From Octopus vulgaris (lineage: Eukaryota), in contig OX597818.1 of assembly GCA_951406725.2 (NCBI GenBank), forward strand, positions 114,700,001 to 114,764,000: a DNA stretch of 64,000 nt. The letters run 5' to 3'. The notes below the pieces were generated by a model. It did no database searches. It was not told the origin of the DNA and saw nothing but the letters and a program-made list of their open reading frames with translations. Below are positions 1 through 11,842 of the stretch, in pieces; within the stretch, counting starts at the first letter, position 1; each line of letters opens with the position of its first letter. A program made the position numbers and the translations under genes.

Positions 1-106
1 AGCTACAAAAATACCAGGAAGTGTTTTGCAATGCATCACGTGTCAGAAAAATTAACGACATGCCTCAGCTACATTAATATATGTTCACAGGAGAACACAG
101 CTAAAC

Positions 107-109
107 CAC

Positions 110-174
<65 letters not shown>

Positions 175-266
175 CATACATCTCTCTCCACACACACTCA
201 CACGCATCCACACACAAACGCACACACACACACACACACTAACACATACACACAAACACACACACA

Positions 267-314
<48 letters not shown>

Positions 315-369
315 CATGCATGCATTCATACACACATCACAGACATATATACAGATATGTGTACATGTT

Positions 370-410
<41 letters not shown>

Positions 411-520
411 ATATATATATATATATACATACATCTCTCTCCACACACACTCACACGCATCCACACACAAACGTGCACACACACTAACGCATACACACAC
501 ACGCACACACACACAAACAC
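107..520. repeat. Compound (CA)n/(TA)n microsatellite block with an internal ~55-bp duplicated unit
   Basis: CA and TA tracts; the unit TATACATACATCTCTCTCCACACACACTCACACGCATCCACACACAAACG occurs at ~171 and ~424. Confidence 0.9.
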
Positions 521-782
521 AGAGGCATACAGTAACTCTACTCCATTCTGCCAAGTATTCCAAAGGAATATTTTCATTCCGTAATCGTTCAAATAATGTC
601 GTGACTCCGAAAAGGAAGAATAAATCATTTTCACACCACCGTAGACAACAGCAACAATAACACCACCACTACCACCACCAACAACAACAACAACAACAAT
701 AATTTCTGATTGAGCATAAACTCAGTAATTTGAAGAGCGGTACAGCTCAGCCGATTACGTTGACCTCGTTATTTACCAGGTA

Positions 783-2072
783 CGAGGGGCGTTCAATAAG
801 TAATGCCCCTGACCCACTTCCCATAGCAGTAGAGCAACAAAACTTGGCACAGTTATTAGTCTTTTTCTACATAGGAACCACTGAGAGTTACGCATTTCTC
901 CCATTGTTTGAGGCAGCTCTGGAGACCGTTTTTGTAGAAGACCCCAGCTTGGTCCTCCAACCTCAACGTGACTTCAGAAATCAAGGCTGCATCATCTGGG
1001 AAACGCTTTCCTTTCAAAAACAACTTCATGACTGGGAAGAGGTGAAAATCAGAGGGTGCAAGGTCAGGAAAGTAGGGGGATGGGGGAGGAGTTCATAGCC
1101 ATACGCCTGTGCTTCTGATCTGGCGACAAGCGAGTTGTGGACCGGAGCGTTGTCCTGCAGGAGGAGGATGCCTTTGCTGATCTTGCCCCGCCTCTTGATT
1201 TTGATAACTTCTCTTAATTTCCTCAAAAGTGAAGCATAATAAGCTCCTGCAATTGTGGTACCCTTTGCCAGGAAATCTGTCATCACTACTCCGTCCTGGT
1301 CCCAGAAGACTGTGAGCATGACCTTGCCAGCGGAGGGCTGCACCCTTGCCTACTTTGGAGGGGGTGAGTCACGGTGCTTCTACTGCATTGACTGGGCTTT
1401 GGTCTCTGGATCATCGTGATGGACCCAGGTTTCATCCTGTGTAATCAGTATTTTGAAAAATTTTGACTCATCTTCTTGGCACATCTCCAAATTCACCCTC
1501 GAGCACTCGACGCGTTCTTGCTTCTGGAAAGGCGTGACCAACCTGGGAATCCATCTGGCAGACACCTTTTGCATATGCAAATGGTCATGAATGATAGTTT
1601 CCACAGACCCGGTACTAATCTTGACCTCATGGGCTATTTGGCGAATAATTATGCGTCGATCTTCCAAAATGGCAGCCTCAACTTGACGGACAGATGCCTC
1701 ATCAATGGCAGAAGGGGCGACCAGATCTGGGAGCTGTTTCCACAGAGTTCCGACCATGTTTGAATTCACGATGCCAGCGTTTTACAAGGTCATATGATGG
1801 GGCATCATCACCATAAGTTACTTTCATTTCATCAAAAGTCTCCCGTGGTATGCGTCCTTTCAAATACAAAAACCGGATCACTGCTCTACACTCAACAGGC
1901 TCCATTTCACACTTGACTCGGTTCAAACACCTGTAAATCAGAAACCACAATTAATTCAGAGCTGTAATTTGCCATTTTCTCTATAGAGATATAAATGATT
2001 GCACATGCAAAAGTTCAGCTAGATCAAACAACTGCAAGTGGGACAGAGGCATTACTTATTGAACGTCCCACG
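783..2072 (-). mobile_element. Full-length mariner (Tc1/mariner, DD34D) transposon, 1290 bp
   Basis: TIR CGAGGGGCGTTCAATAAGTAATGCCCCTGACCCACTT at 783 matches the reverse complement of 2036-2072; TA duplications at 781-782 and 2073-2074; canonical mariner length. Confidence 0.95.
856..1905 (-). pseudogene. Mariner transposase pseudogene (~349 codons)
   Basis: ATG at 1905 (MEPVECRAVIRFL); motifs RSGRP, WIPRL, ITQDETW, GKVMLTVFWD, LLQDNAPVH, HPP and C-terminal KCVTLSGSYVEKD*; frameshifts near 1715 and 1075; in-frame TAG at 1380-1382 and 1350-1352. Confidence 0.93.
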
Positions 2073-2453
2073 TATGTCATTTTATCGACTCCAGACCGAT
2101 GGAAGGTAAAATTGGCCTCGGTAAGATTTGACCTCACAATATTATGAACCAAAAGAAATACAAGCAAAGCATTTTGTACGACACCCTCACGCCCCTTATT
2201 TTCCGCTGTTCCTTATGATCATTTCTGATTTGGTATAAGGGCAACATTTTTGAAGGGAGAGTTTAGTGAGTACCATGGCTTGATTGGTACTGTAATTTAG
2301 TCATCCAAGAGAAATGAAAGTAAAGTCAACATCGATTGACTCAAAAGGTAAAGAACCAGGAGAAATGGTGCCAAAGAGTTCGTTTCCGTAACGTTTCTGG
2401 AAATCCGCTGCACTTGTAGCAACGAAATAGTTGCCGAAGGGTTGATAAAGATA

Positions 2454-2789
2454 GTCTGCAGCAGTAACAAGTTTAAACAAGTTCAGACATCCTTGCCAAT
2501 TCTAAATTTGAACCGTTCAGAGTCGCCCTACATAGCATTGGCGGGACAGGGAATTATGGAAATTATTCTGAAATGGGTGGGTTTACAGATCACCTGATTT
2601 TAATGAGGAAGCCATTGTCAAGCAACACATTTGGGTTTCTATGCTCCAACAATTTTTTTCACTGACGATGAAAATCTAGCATCTCGTCTTTCGCTAAAGT
2701 CCACAAACTTTCTTGTTCTGATAATATTGCTTCAAATCTAGATTTGGCAAGGATGTCTGAACTTGTTTGAACTTGTTACTGCTGCAGAC
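2454..2789. repeat. Inverted repeat, ~59-bp arms (2454-2512 / 2731-2789), 218-bp spacer
   Basis: GTCTGCAGCAGTAACAAGTTTAAACAAGTTCAGACATCCTTGCCAA... matches the reverse complement of ...TTGGCAAGGATGTCTGAACTTGTTTGAACTTGTTACTGCTGCAGAC. Confidence 0.85.
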
Positions 2790-3932
2790 GCGTCAGAAGT
2801 AAGATATATATACAGCGGAAGCCATTTTCTAACAGAAAGATAAATACGACCAACCTGGAAGTATCTAGGTTCCATGCACTAACTTTTGATTGATTTTGTT
2901 TTTGGTGTGTGTAGGGTCCACAGGGAGCTGAATACTGAACTGTCAATCATCTGGTGCATATAATCTATATAATAATCTGCTTGTTCGTTCGCCCGTTATA
3001 CTTTCGTTAGTTAAAGAGTTGGAGGTGGTGTGAGTAAGAAGTGAAGTAAAAGTGAGAGTGAGAAGGGAGGACTGTTAGTAGAGAAGAGAGTGGAGGAAAT
3101 GGAGAAGTAGATAAAGATGTAATAATAAGGCCAAATACGGTACGTGGTTTGTTGAAGGGAGAGGTTGAAGAACGAGAGAAAAAGATGGTGATAGAAAAAA
3201 GGGAGAGAGAAGTGTTAACGACGTGCTGCAGGGGTGGGTAGGGAAAGGTCAAGAGAAAGAGATCTGTTTAGGATACAATATTTAGCAGAGTGTGATGTTC
3301 TGCTTGTGAGGTTAAAGAAAAAGAAAGGCAGATAAAGGGAGATGGACAGGGGTGGCAGCAGGAAAATGTAGATATAAAAGAACAGCAAATAAAAAAAGGA
3401 GCTATAAACAAGAAAATGAACTGAAATTAAATGAGCGTCGTAACTGAAGACTAAAGTGATGATGAAAGTGGTGGTGGTGGTAGTGGTGGTGTGGGTATGC
3501 GTGTGAGTGTTGATAGCGAAAAGTATTTATTTTTTTAATTGGATCAAATCTATAACAATATTTTTCTACCTGGTCACGTACACTTCACGCTTTAGCTTGT
3601 TAGAAAGGAAGAGTAGGAGTGAAAGAAAGAAAATGGAATGTGAGTGTGAGCGAGAGAACGGACTGACAGCCGACGTCTCCGACTGTCACATATGTGACTA
3701 GTGGAAGTGAGAAAGAAATGTTAGGGAGATGAAGAGAGGAATAACATGGTTAAAAAGATTGTTGATGAAGTAGAGACGAAGAGAGAAATATGAAGTGCTT
3801 AGTAGGGAGAAATTTTAAAATCATTTATTATTGTGACTGGAAGTGAAATATCTTAGCAAAATAAAAATTCTATGGAATTTCCATGGGTCCCACTATTATA
3901 TATAACATATATAATATATATAATGCTCATAT

Positions 3933-4351
3933 AGACGTAGGAGTGGCTGTGTGGTAATTAGCTTGCTTACCAACCACATGGTTCCGGATTCAGTCCCACT
4001 GCGTGGCACCTTCGGCAAGTGTCTTCTACTATAACCTCGGGTAAACCAAAGCCTTGTGAGTGGATTTGGTAGATGGAAACTAAAAGAAGCCCGTCGTATA
4101 TATGTATATGTATATATATTTATATACATGTGTGTGTATTTGTGTGTGTGTTTGTGTGTCTGTGTTTGTCTCCCAACATCGCTTGACAACCGATACTGGT
4201 GTGTTTACGTCCCCGTAACTTAGCGGTTAGGCAAAAGAGACCAATAGAATAAGTACTAGGTTTACGAAGAATAAGTCCTGGGGTCGATTTGCTCGACTAA
4301 AGGCGGTGCTCCAGCATGGCCACAGTCAAATGACTGAAACAAATATAAGAG
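3933..4351 (+). mobile_element. SINE family A (tRNA-like head, internal TA/TG microsatellite, LINE-like tail)
   Basis: Head GTGGCTGTGTGGTAA...GGATTCAGTCCC (A/B-box-like); body CCTTcGGCAAGTGTCTTCTACTATA; tail GGCGGTGCTCCAGCATGGCC..CAGTCAAATGACTGAAAC; more than 10 copies in window. Confidence 0.9.
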
Positions 4352-4374
4352 TATATAATATATATATATATATA

Positions 4375-4745
4375 GGCGCAGGAGTGGCTGTGTGGTAAGT
4401 AGCTTGCTAACCAACCACACGGTTGCGGGTTCAGTCCCACTGCGTGGCATCTTGGGCAAGTGTCTTCTGCTATAGCCCCGGGCCGACCAATGCCTTGTGA
4501 GTGGATTTGGTAGACGGAAACTGAAAGAAGCCTGTCGTATATATGTATATATATGTATATCTGTGTGTGTTTGTGTGTCTGTGTTTGTCCCCCTAGCATT
4601 GCTTGACAACCGATGCTGGTGTGTTTAGGTCCCCGTCACTTAGCGGTTCGGCAAAAAGAGACCGATAGAATAAGTACTAAAAGGTGGTGCTCCAGCATGG
4701 CCGCAGTCAAAATGACTGAAACAAGTAAAAGAGTAAAAGAGTAAA
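4375..4745 (+). mobile_element. SINE family A
   Basis: Tandem neighbour of the 3933 copy; GGCGCAGGAGTGGCTGTGTGG head and (GTAAAAGA)n tail. Confidence 0.9.
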
Positions 4746-4751
4746 TACATT

Positions 4752-5159
4752 TTTTTATTCTTTTATTTGTTTCAGTCATTTGACTGCGGCCATGCAGGAG
4801 TACTGCCTTTGGTCGAACAAATTCGACCCCAGGACATATTTCTTAATGCTAGATCTAATTCTATTTTTTGCTGACCCTATAAGTTACATGAATATAAACA
4901 CGCCAACAACGGTTGTGAAGCGGTGATAGCAGGGCAAACGCAAACACAAAGGCACATAATTAAATAAATAAATAAATAAATAAATACATACACACGATGG
5001 GCTTCTTTCAGTTTCCGTTTACCAATTCAACTCACAAGGCTTTGGTCGCTCTGAGGCCATTGTAGAAGGCACTCGCCCAAGGTACCATGCAGTGGCACTA
5101 AACCCGAAACCACCATGTGGTTGGAAAGCAAGCATCTTCCACGCATCCGCCCCTACGCC
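4752..5159 (-). mobile_element. SINE family A, diverged, tail-to-tail with the 4375 copy
   Basis: TTTCAGTCATTTGACTGCGGCCATG...CTCACAAGGCTTTGGTC...ACCATGTGGTTGG is the reverse complement of family A. Confidence 0.85.
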
Positions 5160-5181
5160 ACTGTGTATGCGCGCGCGCGTG

Positions 5182-5240
<59 letters not shown>

Positions 5241-5288
5241 CTGTATGTGTGTGTGTATGTGTGCGTATGTATATATGTATATAATATA

Positions 5289-6151
5289 TACCGAGTGCGA
5301 TGTATATACTGTCGACTATAGTACGCATAAATGAAAATAACACTGACATCTCAATATATTTACTAACATTGCATAAAATTATCTTGAAATACTAAAGAGA
5401 AAATTTATTCAATAAAATCACCATTGGCTTCAACTACGACCTCCATACGACTTCGTAATATCCTGCAACTCTTCTGGATAGTCACCTTGTCTACGTTAGT
5501 GAATACTGCCATAATCCTTGCCTTCAGTCCATCTTTGGTGCTACAAGAAGTTTTGTTGGCCCCTCGGTCAACTGTGCTCCACATATAATAATCAAAGGGT
5601 TGCAGTCTGGGGAGTTAGCTGGCCCGATGTTAGGGGTGATGTCGTCGCAGAAATTGTCTGACAGCCATGACTGGATTCTCATGCGTGTGTGCCATGGTTC
5701 AGAGTCCCGTTGCCGGACATAGGGTCTTCCAGTAGCCATCCTTTTCCCCCAGGGCAGCATTACTTCCTCCAGGCACTTGATGTAGGGCTCTGTGTTCAAT
5801 CTAAAGCCACGTCGGAAGGTGAATGGAGGAATAACATTGCTATCACTAGTGATCACTTCAAATACCATGATGTTGATTGGATGTTTGATTTTTATCACTC
5901 TTAGTACACGTGCTCACATTTCGCTGTCCTTAGATTGGCACCCAAACACTCTGAAATATTCGTAGTGGAGCTTCCAACGCGAATTCCAAGCAGTACAGCA
6001 TGTTTCCAAATTGCGTCACGCTGCTGATTTTCTCACAGATGGTGCCCAACTCACCCTACTATACTGTGTAGTCGACAAAATCAAAAACAAATTATGTGCA
6101 TGCACCAAATTAAAAATATAATATGGTAACAATTTACCCATCGCACACGTA
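5289..6151 (-). mobile_element. Internally deleted maT-type (DD37D) Tc1/mariner transposon
   Basis: ORF 5524-5898: KHPINIMVF..MPPF-like..QRDSEPWH..NSPDCNPL, with 37 residues from the second D to the expected (frameshifted) third D; degenerate TIRs TACCGAGTGCGATG.. and ..CATCGCACACGTA. Confidence 0.75.
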
Positions 6152-6969
6152 CACCATACACAATGCGAGGTTCGGTTTACCAAATTTAGTGACGAAGCGT
6201 TGTTCAATCTGAAACTATGCTAAAATGAAATATTTGCAAGGTAACAGGCAATACCATTCACCCTGGAAAACAACTAGCTAAAACATGATGACGGACAATT
6301 AAATAGCACGAAATTGGGAGGCAAAAACATTGTCAGGCAAGGGTGGAATAGACCACAGGCTAACATAAGAAATATTGAATTATATACGGACAATCATAGA
6401 GAATTTCTGGTGAGCACAGTAGCAAATATTCTACATTCCTTCCACGTGACCGGATATTTGTTGTCATTCTGTAACCGTATCTCTATAATATTACGTTAAA
6501 CAGAATGAATCTAGTTTTGCTTCTTTCAAAATTATTTGTTCGAATTTAGAAAGAGCAAACCGTATTGTCAAAGATCTTTCTGTCATTCCATTAGTGACCC
6601 ATTAAAGAATATCCTGTTTTACACCGAATCGGCTTTAAGTCGAAATTTTGAATCATTGATTTGCTGCGACCTTCTTGAAAGATTCTACTTTCGCGGGTAC
6701 TTGTAGCGAGCGGATGATGTAGATAAACATTTCTTCCACTAGAAAAGTGTTTTTGTTTTCATCGTTATCATTTGGAATATTGCTGATGCCAAAAGAATTT
6801 ATAAACTTCACAGAACATGAAATAACTCTTTTGGGGAACGTTTGATCTCGAAACAGATATGTTTAAAATATCAGCGTGTAAATACAGGTAATATAAAACT
6901 CAGAACGTACAAACATACCAGCTTGCAAACGATTCTGCAAGCATGACTCCTTACATCGTGTAAATATAA

Positions 6970-7170
6970 GGTTTCAAATTTTAGCACAAGGCCAGCAATG
7001 CGGGGGAAAGAGGTCAACCATTCCCAGTGGTCAACTGATACGTATTTTATTAAGTCCCGAAAAATGAAAGGCGAAGTCGACCTCGGCGGAATTTGAACTC
7101 AGAACGTACAGACGTACAGAATGCCTCAAAGCATTTTACCCGCTTGCAAACGATTCTGTTAGCTCGACTC
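6970..7170 (-). mobile_element. SINE family B, diverged
   Basis: GAAAGGCGAAGTCGACCTCGGCGGAATTTGAACTCAGAACGTA core shared with the other family B copies. Confidence 0.8.
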
Positions 7171-7967
7171 CCGACAACGGGTAACTACTGCGATAAAAAA
7201 AATAAGTTTCAGGTAGAAAAAGTCGAAGGCAACCCCCCCCCCCCCCAAATTCCTGTTCTCGAGAAGTTCTTAAATTCTAATGACATCAACAACATAAAAT
7301 TGTTTCCGATAAGAATAAAGTTGCTTAAATGGATAAAGAACTTCAAAGGATTCCTTTGTTCCGATAGTAAAACGCCTGTTCTGTTTACAGATGTGTGTTC
7401 GAATATCACGGACAGCCTTCGACTCTTTCTGGCAAAAGAGTTATTTAATCCAACATTTACACGCTTTTACTCATAGCTTATCCGCATCGCGACCCAAAAT
7501 TGAAAAATAATTATTTGCAATATATTTCACACCTTACTCTGCTTTAGATCACTTTATTCTGTTCGACAGCCCCAATAGATTCTTTATCACATTTATATAA
7601 CTTTTCTATCACGTTTATTCAGCTTTTCATATTTCATGAAATAGGCTGTGTATAGAATTTTACCGAAGATATTGCAAATTATTGCTTCCACTTTGAATGT
7701 TTTGGATAACTAGGGGTTCTTTTGTGCTTTTCGTGCTTATTCAGGCTCTCTTATCATTTTCTGACTCGTTAATTTTGATCATTTATATTTTATTTCATTT
7801 CATTGATGTGTTTTGTATTTCCCTATAAAATTCGTTTACTTTTCTTCTCCGCGCAACATCTCTATGTAATTTCTGTATCTGATTATTCCCTATAAATCAT
7901 TCTGACACCTTTCGTTTTTGGATTTGGTTTGTAAGATTCTTTATATGAGTTCGTGTGTTGAAGCATA

Positions 7968-8205
7968 TTCTGTTGTGTCTGGGAAGAGTCATTTTCTTTT
8001 TGTGCCTTATTATGTAACACACTCGCCGGCAAAATTTCCACATTTTTCTTATTTTTTATTGTCCTAAAACTATTCAAAAAAGGTTACACGACGCAACGAA
8101 AATTTTAGGACAATAAAAAATAAGAAAAACGTGGAAATTTTTACCGGTGAGTGTGATACATAAGAAGGCACAAAAAGAAAATGACTCTCCCCAGGCACAA
8201 TAGAA
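7968..8205. repeat. Fold-back inverted repeat, ~102-bp arms (7968-8069 / 8103-8205)
   Basis: Arms are reverse complements with scattered mismatches; 33-nt loop. Confidence 0.9.
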
Positions 8206-8214
8206 CATTCTGAC

Positions 8215-8700
8215 ATCATTCTTCCCTTTTCTTTCAACATACTGTCTTCACCCTTTTCCCTACATCAAATTCATTCATTTCTATATCTTCCCGGTTTCAA
8301 TGCTTTACCTCAACTGCTACTTTATCAAACTTCATTCACTCCTCGTAAGTTTCTTAAATTCCAAAACAATTCTGACATGAGATTTTTCATTGGCTGCAAA
8401 TATTACTGCTAATACCCTGTACCAATGCATAGCAATTCTTTTTATTCAGAGGTAATTTAGTCCCTCAAAAGTTTCCATTATTTTTAACCAACAGTCAATC
8501 ACATTACCCCAATAGACTCCATCACTTTTGAAAAGTCACAAACTCTCAAACAATCAGCTTTAAACACTTATTTGATTATTTGCCAAATAACTCATATTGC
8601 AACATTTCCTGACCTTATTTAAACCATTGTATTCTTCCCCAAAGTTGACTTCTATCTACTGATCGGTTACGTGAAACACATAGTAACAAGTTTAGAAGTT
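8215..8700 (-). mobile_element. Possible highly decayed LINE (APE endonuclease region) remnant
   Basis: Non-repetitive coding-like composition on the minus strand with many stops; motif similarity is weak. Confidence 0.3.
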
Positions 8701-8825
8701 TGTCAGCTGCAGTAAAACTCTATAATTTTCTCTACGTTTGGTATTCAAGTAAAATTTCCTCCCCAATGGTTTTACTACATCTTTGGACCTATCTCTATCT
8801 CTGCCCTCACTCAATTTCTGTGTTG

Positions 8826-8901
8826 GTGTGTGTGCACATGTGTGTGTGTCTCTCTCTCACATACACATATATACATATAGATATATATATATATATACAC
8901 A

Positions 8902-8959
<58 letters not shown>

Positions 8960-9025
8960 CATACACACACACATATATATATGTGTGTGTGTGCATATAC
9001 AGGTGTATGTGCACTAGACGTGTGC

Positions 9026-9070
<45 letters not shown>

Positions 9071-9102
9071 TATGTATATATGTAAATGTATATGTGTGTG
9101 TG
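8826..9102. repeat. (TG)/(TA)/(CA) compound microsatellite
   Basis: Directly visible dinucleotide tracts. Confidence 0.9.
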
Positions 9103-9447
9103 CATATTCTTTAAAATTACATAATGTCCATGATAATTGGGACCAATGTAGAATATGAGAGACATGGTGGGAAAGAAAAGTGGAAAACGATGGGGAGAGA
9201 GAGAGAGAAAGAGAAAGAGAGGGAACGGGGGGAAAGAGTTGAGAGAAAGATTAAGGTTGGGGCGGAGAATACATCGATTGTAAAGGCAAGAGGTGAAGAA
9301 GAAGAAGAGATAAAGATAGAAAAACAGGAGAGGAGAAGGAAGAAAGAGAGGATGATCAAGAAGGAAAAGAGTGAGGAGGGGCAAAAGAAAAAAGAAGTAG
9401 ATTAGAGAGGAAAAGAACAAGGAAAAAGAAGTAATATATCAGTACGG

Positions 9448-9694
9448 CGATGATGATGATGACGACGACGACGATGATGATAATGATGGTGATGATGATG
9501 ATGATGATTAGAAGGGGTAACACGGGGAAGTTGGAGGGAAGGCAATTGGACGTTGGCGCGTTACCGGAGTTAGAGAGAACTGAGAGAGAGAGAGGGGGAG
9601 AGAGAGAGAGTGAGGGAGAGAAAGAGAGATAGAGAGAAAGAGAGGGAGAAGGAGAGGAAGAAAGAGACAGACAGGCAGATAGACAGAAAAAGAC

Positions 9695-9728
<34 letters not shown>

Positions 9729-9842
9729 TGAGAGAGAGAAAGAGAGAGTGAGAGAGAGAAAGAGAGAGAGAGTGAGAGAGAGAAAGAGAGAGAGAGAGAC
9801 GGAGGGAGAGAACGCACAGACAGACACACAGACACACAGACA
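9448..9842. repeat. (GAT)n followed by long (GA)n purine tract
   Basis: Directly visible. Confidence 0.9.
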
Positions 9843-10577
9843 ATAAAACGAAGAACAGAGAAAGGGAAATAGCAGTACCAAGAACGTAAAAATCTTCAGT
9901 GATCTCCAAACGTAACACGTGTGTTTTGGCATGTGGTTAGATGTGTACGTGTGTGCGTATGTACTTAGGCCTTGTATATAGGTACACACACTCTGTGTGT
10001 GTGTGTGTGCGTGAGCCAGTGCATGTATACCCTCCTGTGTGTTATTGTTTAGGCTTCCTTTCCTCTTTCTACTTTTGTGTGTTTGAACAGGCAGGTGTTA
10101 GCAAAGGTCAATGAGCGAGGGAACTTCTACGTGGCTGCCAGTTCGTGCTAGAAATAGCAACCAAACTTGCTACCAAATCATGCCTTACCATCTTTAGAAA
10201 TAAAAGAGAAAATAAATTCAATATTTTAGTCCTACAAACAAACTAAATCGACAGGATGGTCGTTGCTGGTTGACTCTGATAACAGTTCTACTTAATAACA
10301 ATTTAATTTTGCCTCAACAGCAGCAAAAACAACAACACAGTGACTCGTATCCTTTGTGTGTTGCGCTTGTTTATAAATTCCATTTGATTATAATCATAAA
10401 TGCATGTGTCTGGTCTCTCAATCCTTTTTACACTTCTACCTACCTGTATTTGTGTGTGTGTGTGTGCGTGTGTGTGTATATATATGTCTGTGCGCGTGCA
10501 CACGTGTGTGGGTTAAGATCTGCATTTATATGGGTTCTCTATGTTTATCTACACACTCTCGTATATATATATATATT

Positions 10578-10662
<85 letters not shown>

Positions 10663-10672
<10 letters not shown>

Positions 10673-10896
10673 TGGTAAAGTAAAAAAAATTCACTTTACC
10701 ACACACCGAACTTTTCAGAAATAGCAGCCAAAAATATGGCTATTTCTTCAACTGCAAATAAAAGTCTCCAGACAATGCATACTCAGAAAATAACTCACAT
10801 AGGTATAGTTGAAGAAATAGCCATATTTTTGGCTGCTATTTCTGAAAAGTTCGGTGTGTGGTAAAGTGAATTTTTTTACTTTACCATATTTTTATA
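10663..10896. repeat. Near-perfect fold-back inverted repeat, ~91-bp arms (10663-10753 / 10807-10896), in an element flanked by (TA)n
   Basis: Arms appear identical apart from one A-run length; 53-nt loop; (TA)n at 10585-10665 and 10998-11035. Confidence 0.93.
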
Positions 10897-10994
10897 AATT
10901 AATACTTCAAATACACCGTAAATGGTCTTTACATACCGAATACTGCTTGGTCGAATTTATTAACAATTAATTAATTCTACCCCCTTTTTTGATG

Positions 10995-11059
<65 letters not shown>

Positions 11060-11135
11060 ATATATATATATATGTATGTACGTATGTATGTATACGTGCA
11101 CCTACGCACACAAACACATTCACACACACATATAA

Positions 11136-11201
<66 letters not shown>

Positions 11202-11572
11202 GATGGATTGATGGATGGATGGATAGATAGATGAATGTATGCATGCATTTGGCTTGGGAGCGTGTATACAGTGCTGTGTTGGTGCATCTCTACCTGTATA
11301 TATTCCTGTGTGTATATATACTTGTCATATCACACCGTTTTTGCATGTGCATTTCTGTACATTTGTTTTCTATCGAGTCAGGACGTTTGGGGTTTTGCAT
11401 TTAATAAAATGAAGGAAAAAGATGGAAAGATTTGAATTTTGTCGGTGAAAGCAGACATATATTGAAAGTGAGGGAAATAAATAAGATGAGTTAATAGTGA
11501 AAGTAAAGAGAACGGAAAATGGATGGAGTCGGTGAGAAAAGGAAGAAGAGCAAACAGAAAAAAGGAAGAGAG

Positions 11573-11617
<45 letters not shown>

Positions 11618-11804
11618 AAGAGAAACTAGGAGGAGGAATGAAAGAAGCTGAGAGAAAGAAACGGAAGAGTATAAGGATGGAGGAATATATGTCCCAAGTG
11701 ATGTGATGAGAATGCATGCAACAGACGAAGGTAAAATGAATGAAAGAAAAACAGAATAATAAGAAAATATGGTGGAGAGAGAAACAAAGAGGGAAATAGA
11801 AAAG

Positions 11805-11842
<38 letters not shown>

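Noticed and set aside
3896-4609. Recurrent peptides such as RASFSFRLPNPLTR..RGYSRRHLPK (also 36637, 51626, 63761)
   Set aside because: Antisense translations of SINE A; recurrence reflects copy number, not a protein family.
9124-9405. K/E/R-rich 93-aa ORF
   Set aside because: Low-complexity purine tract without splice or motif support.
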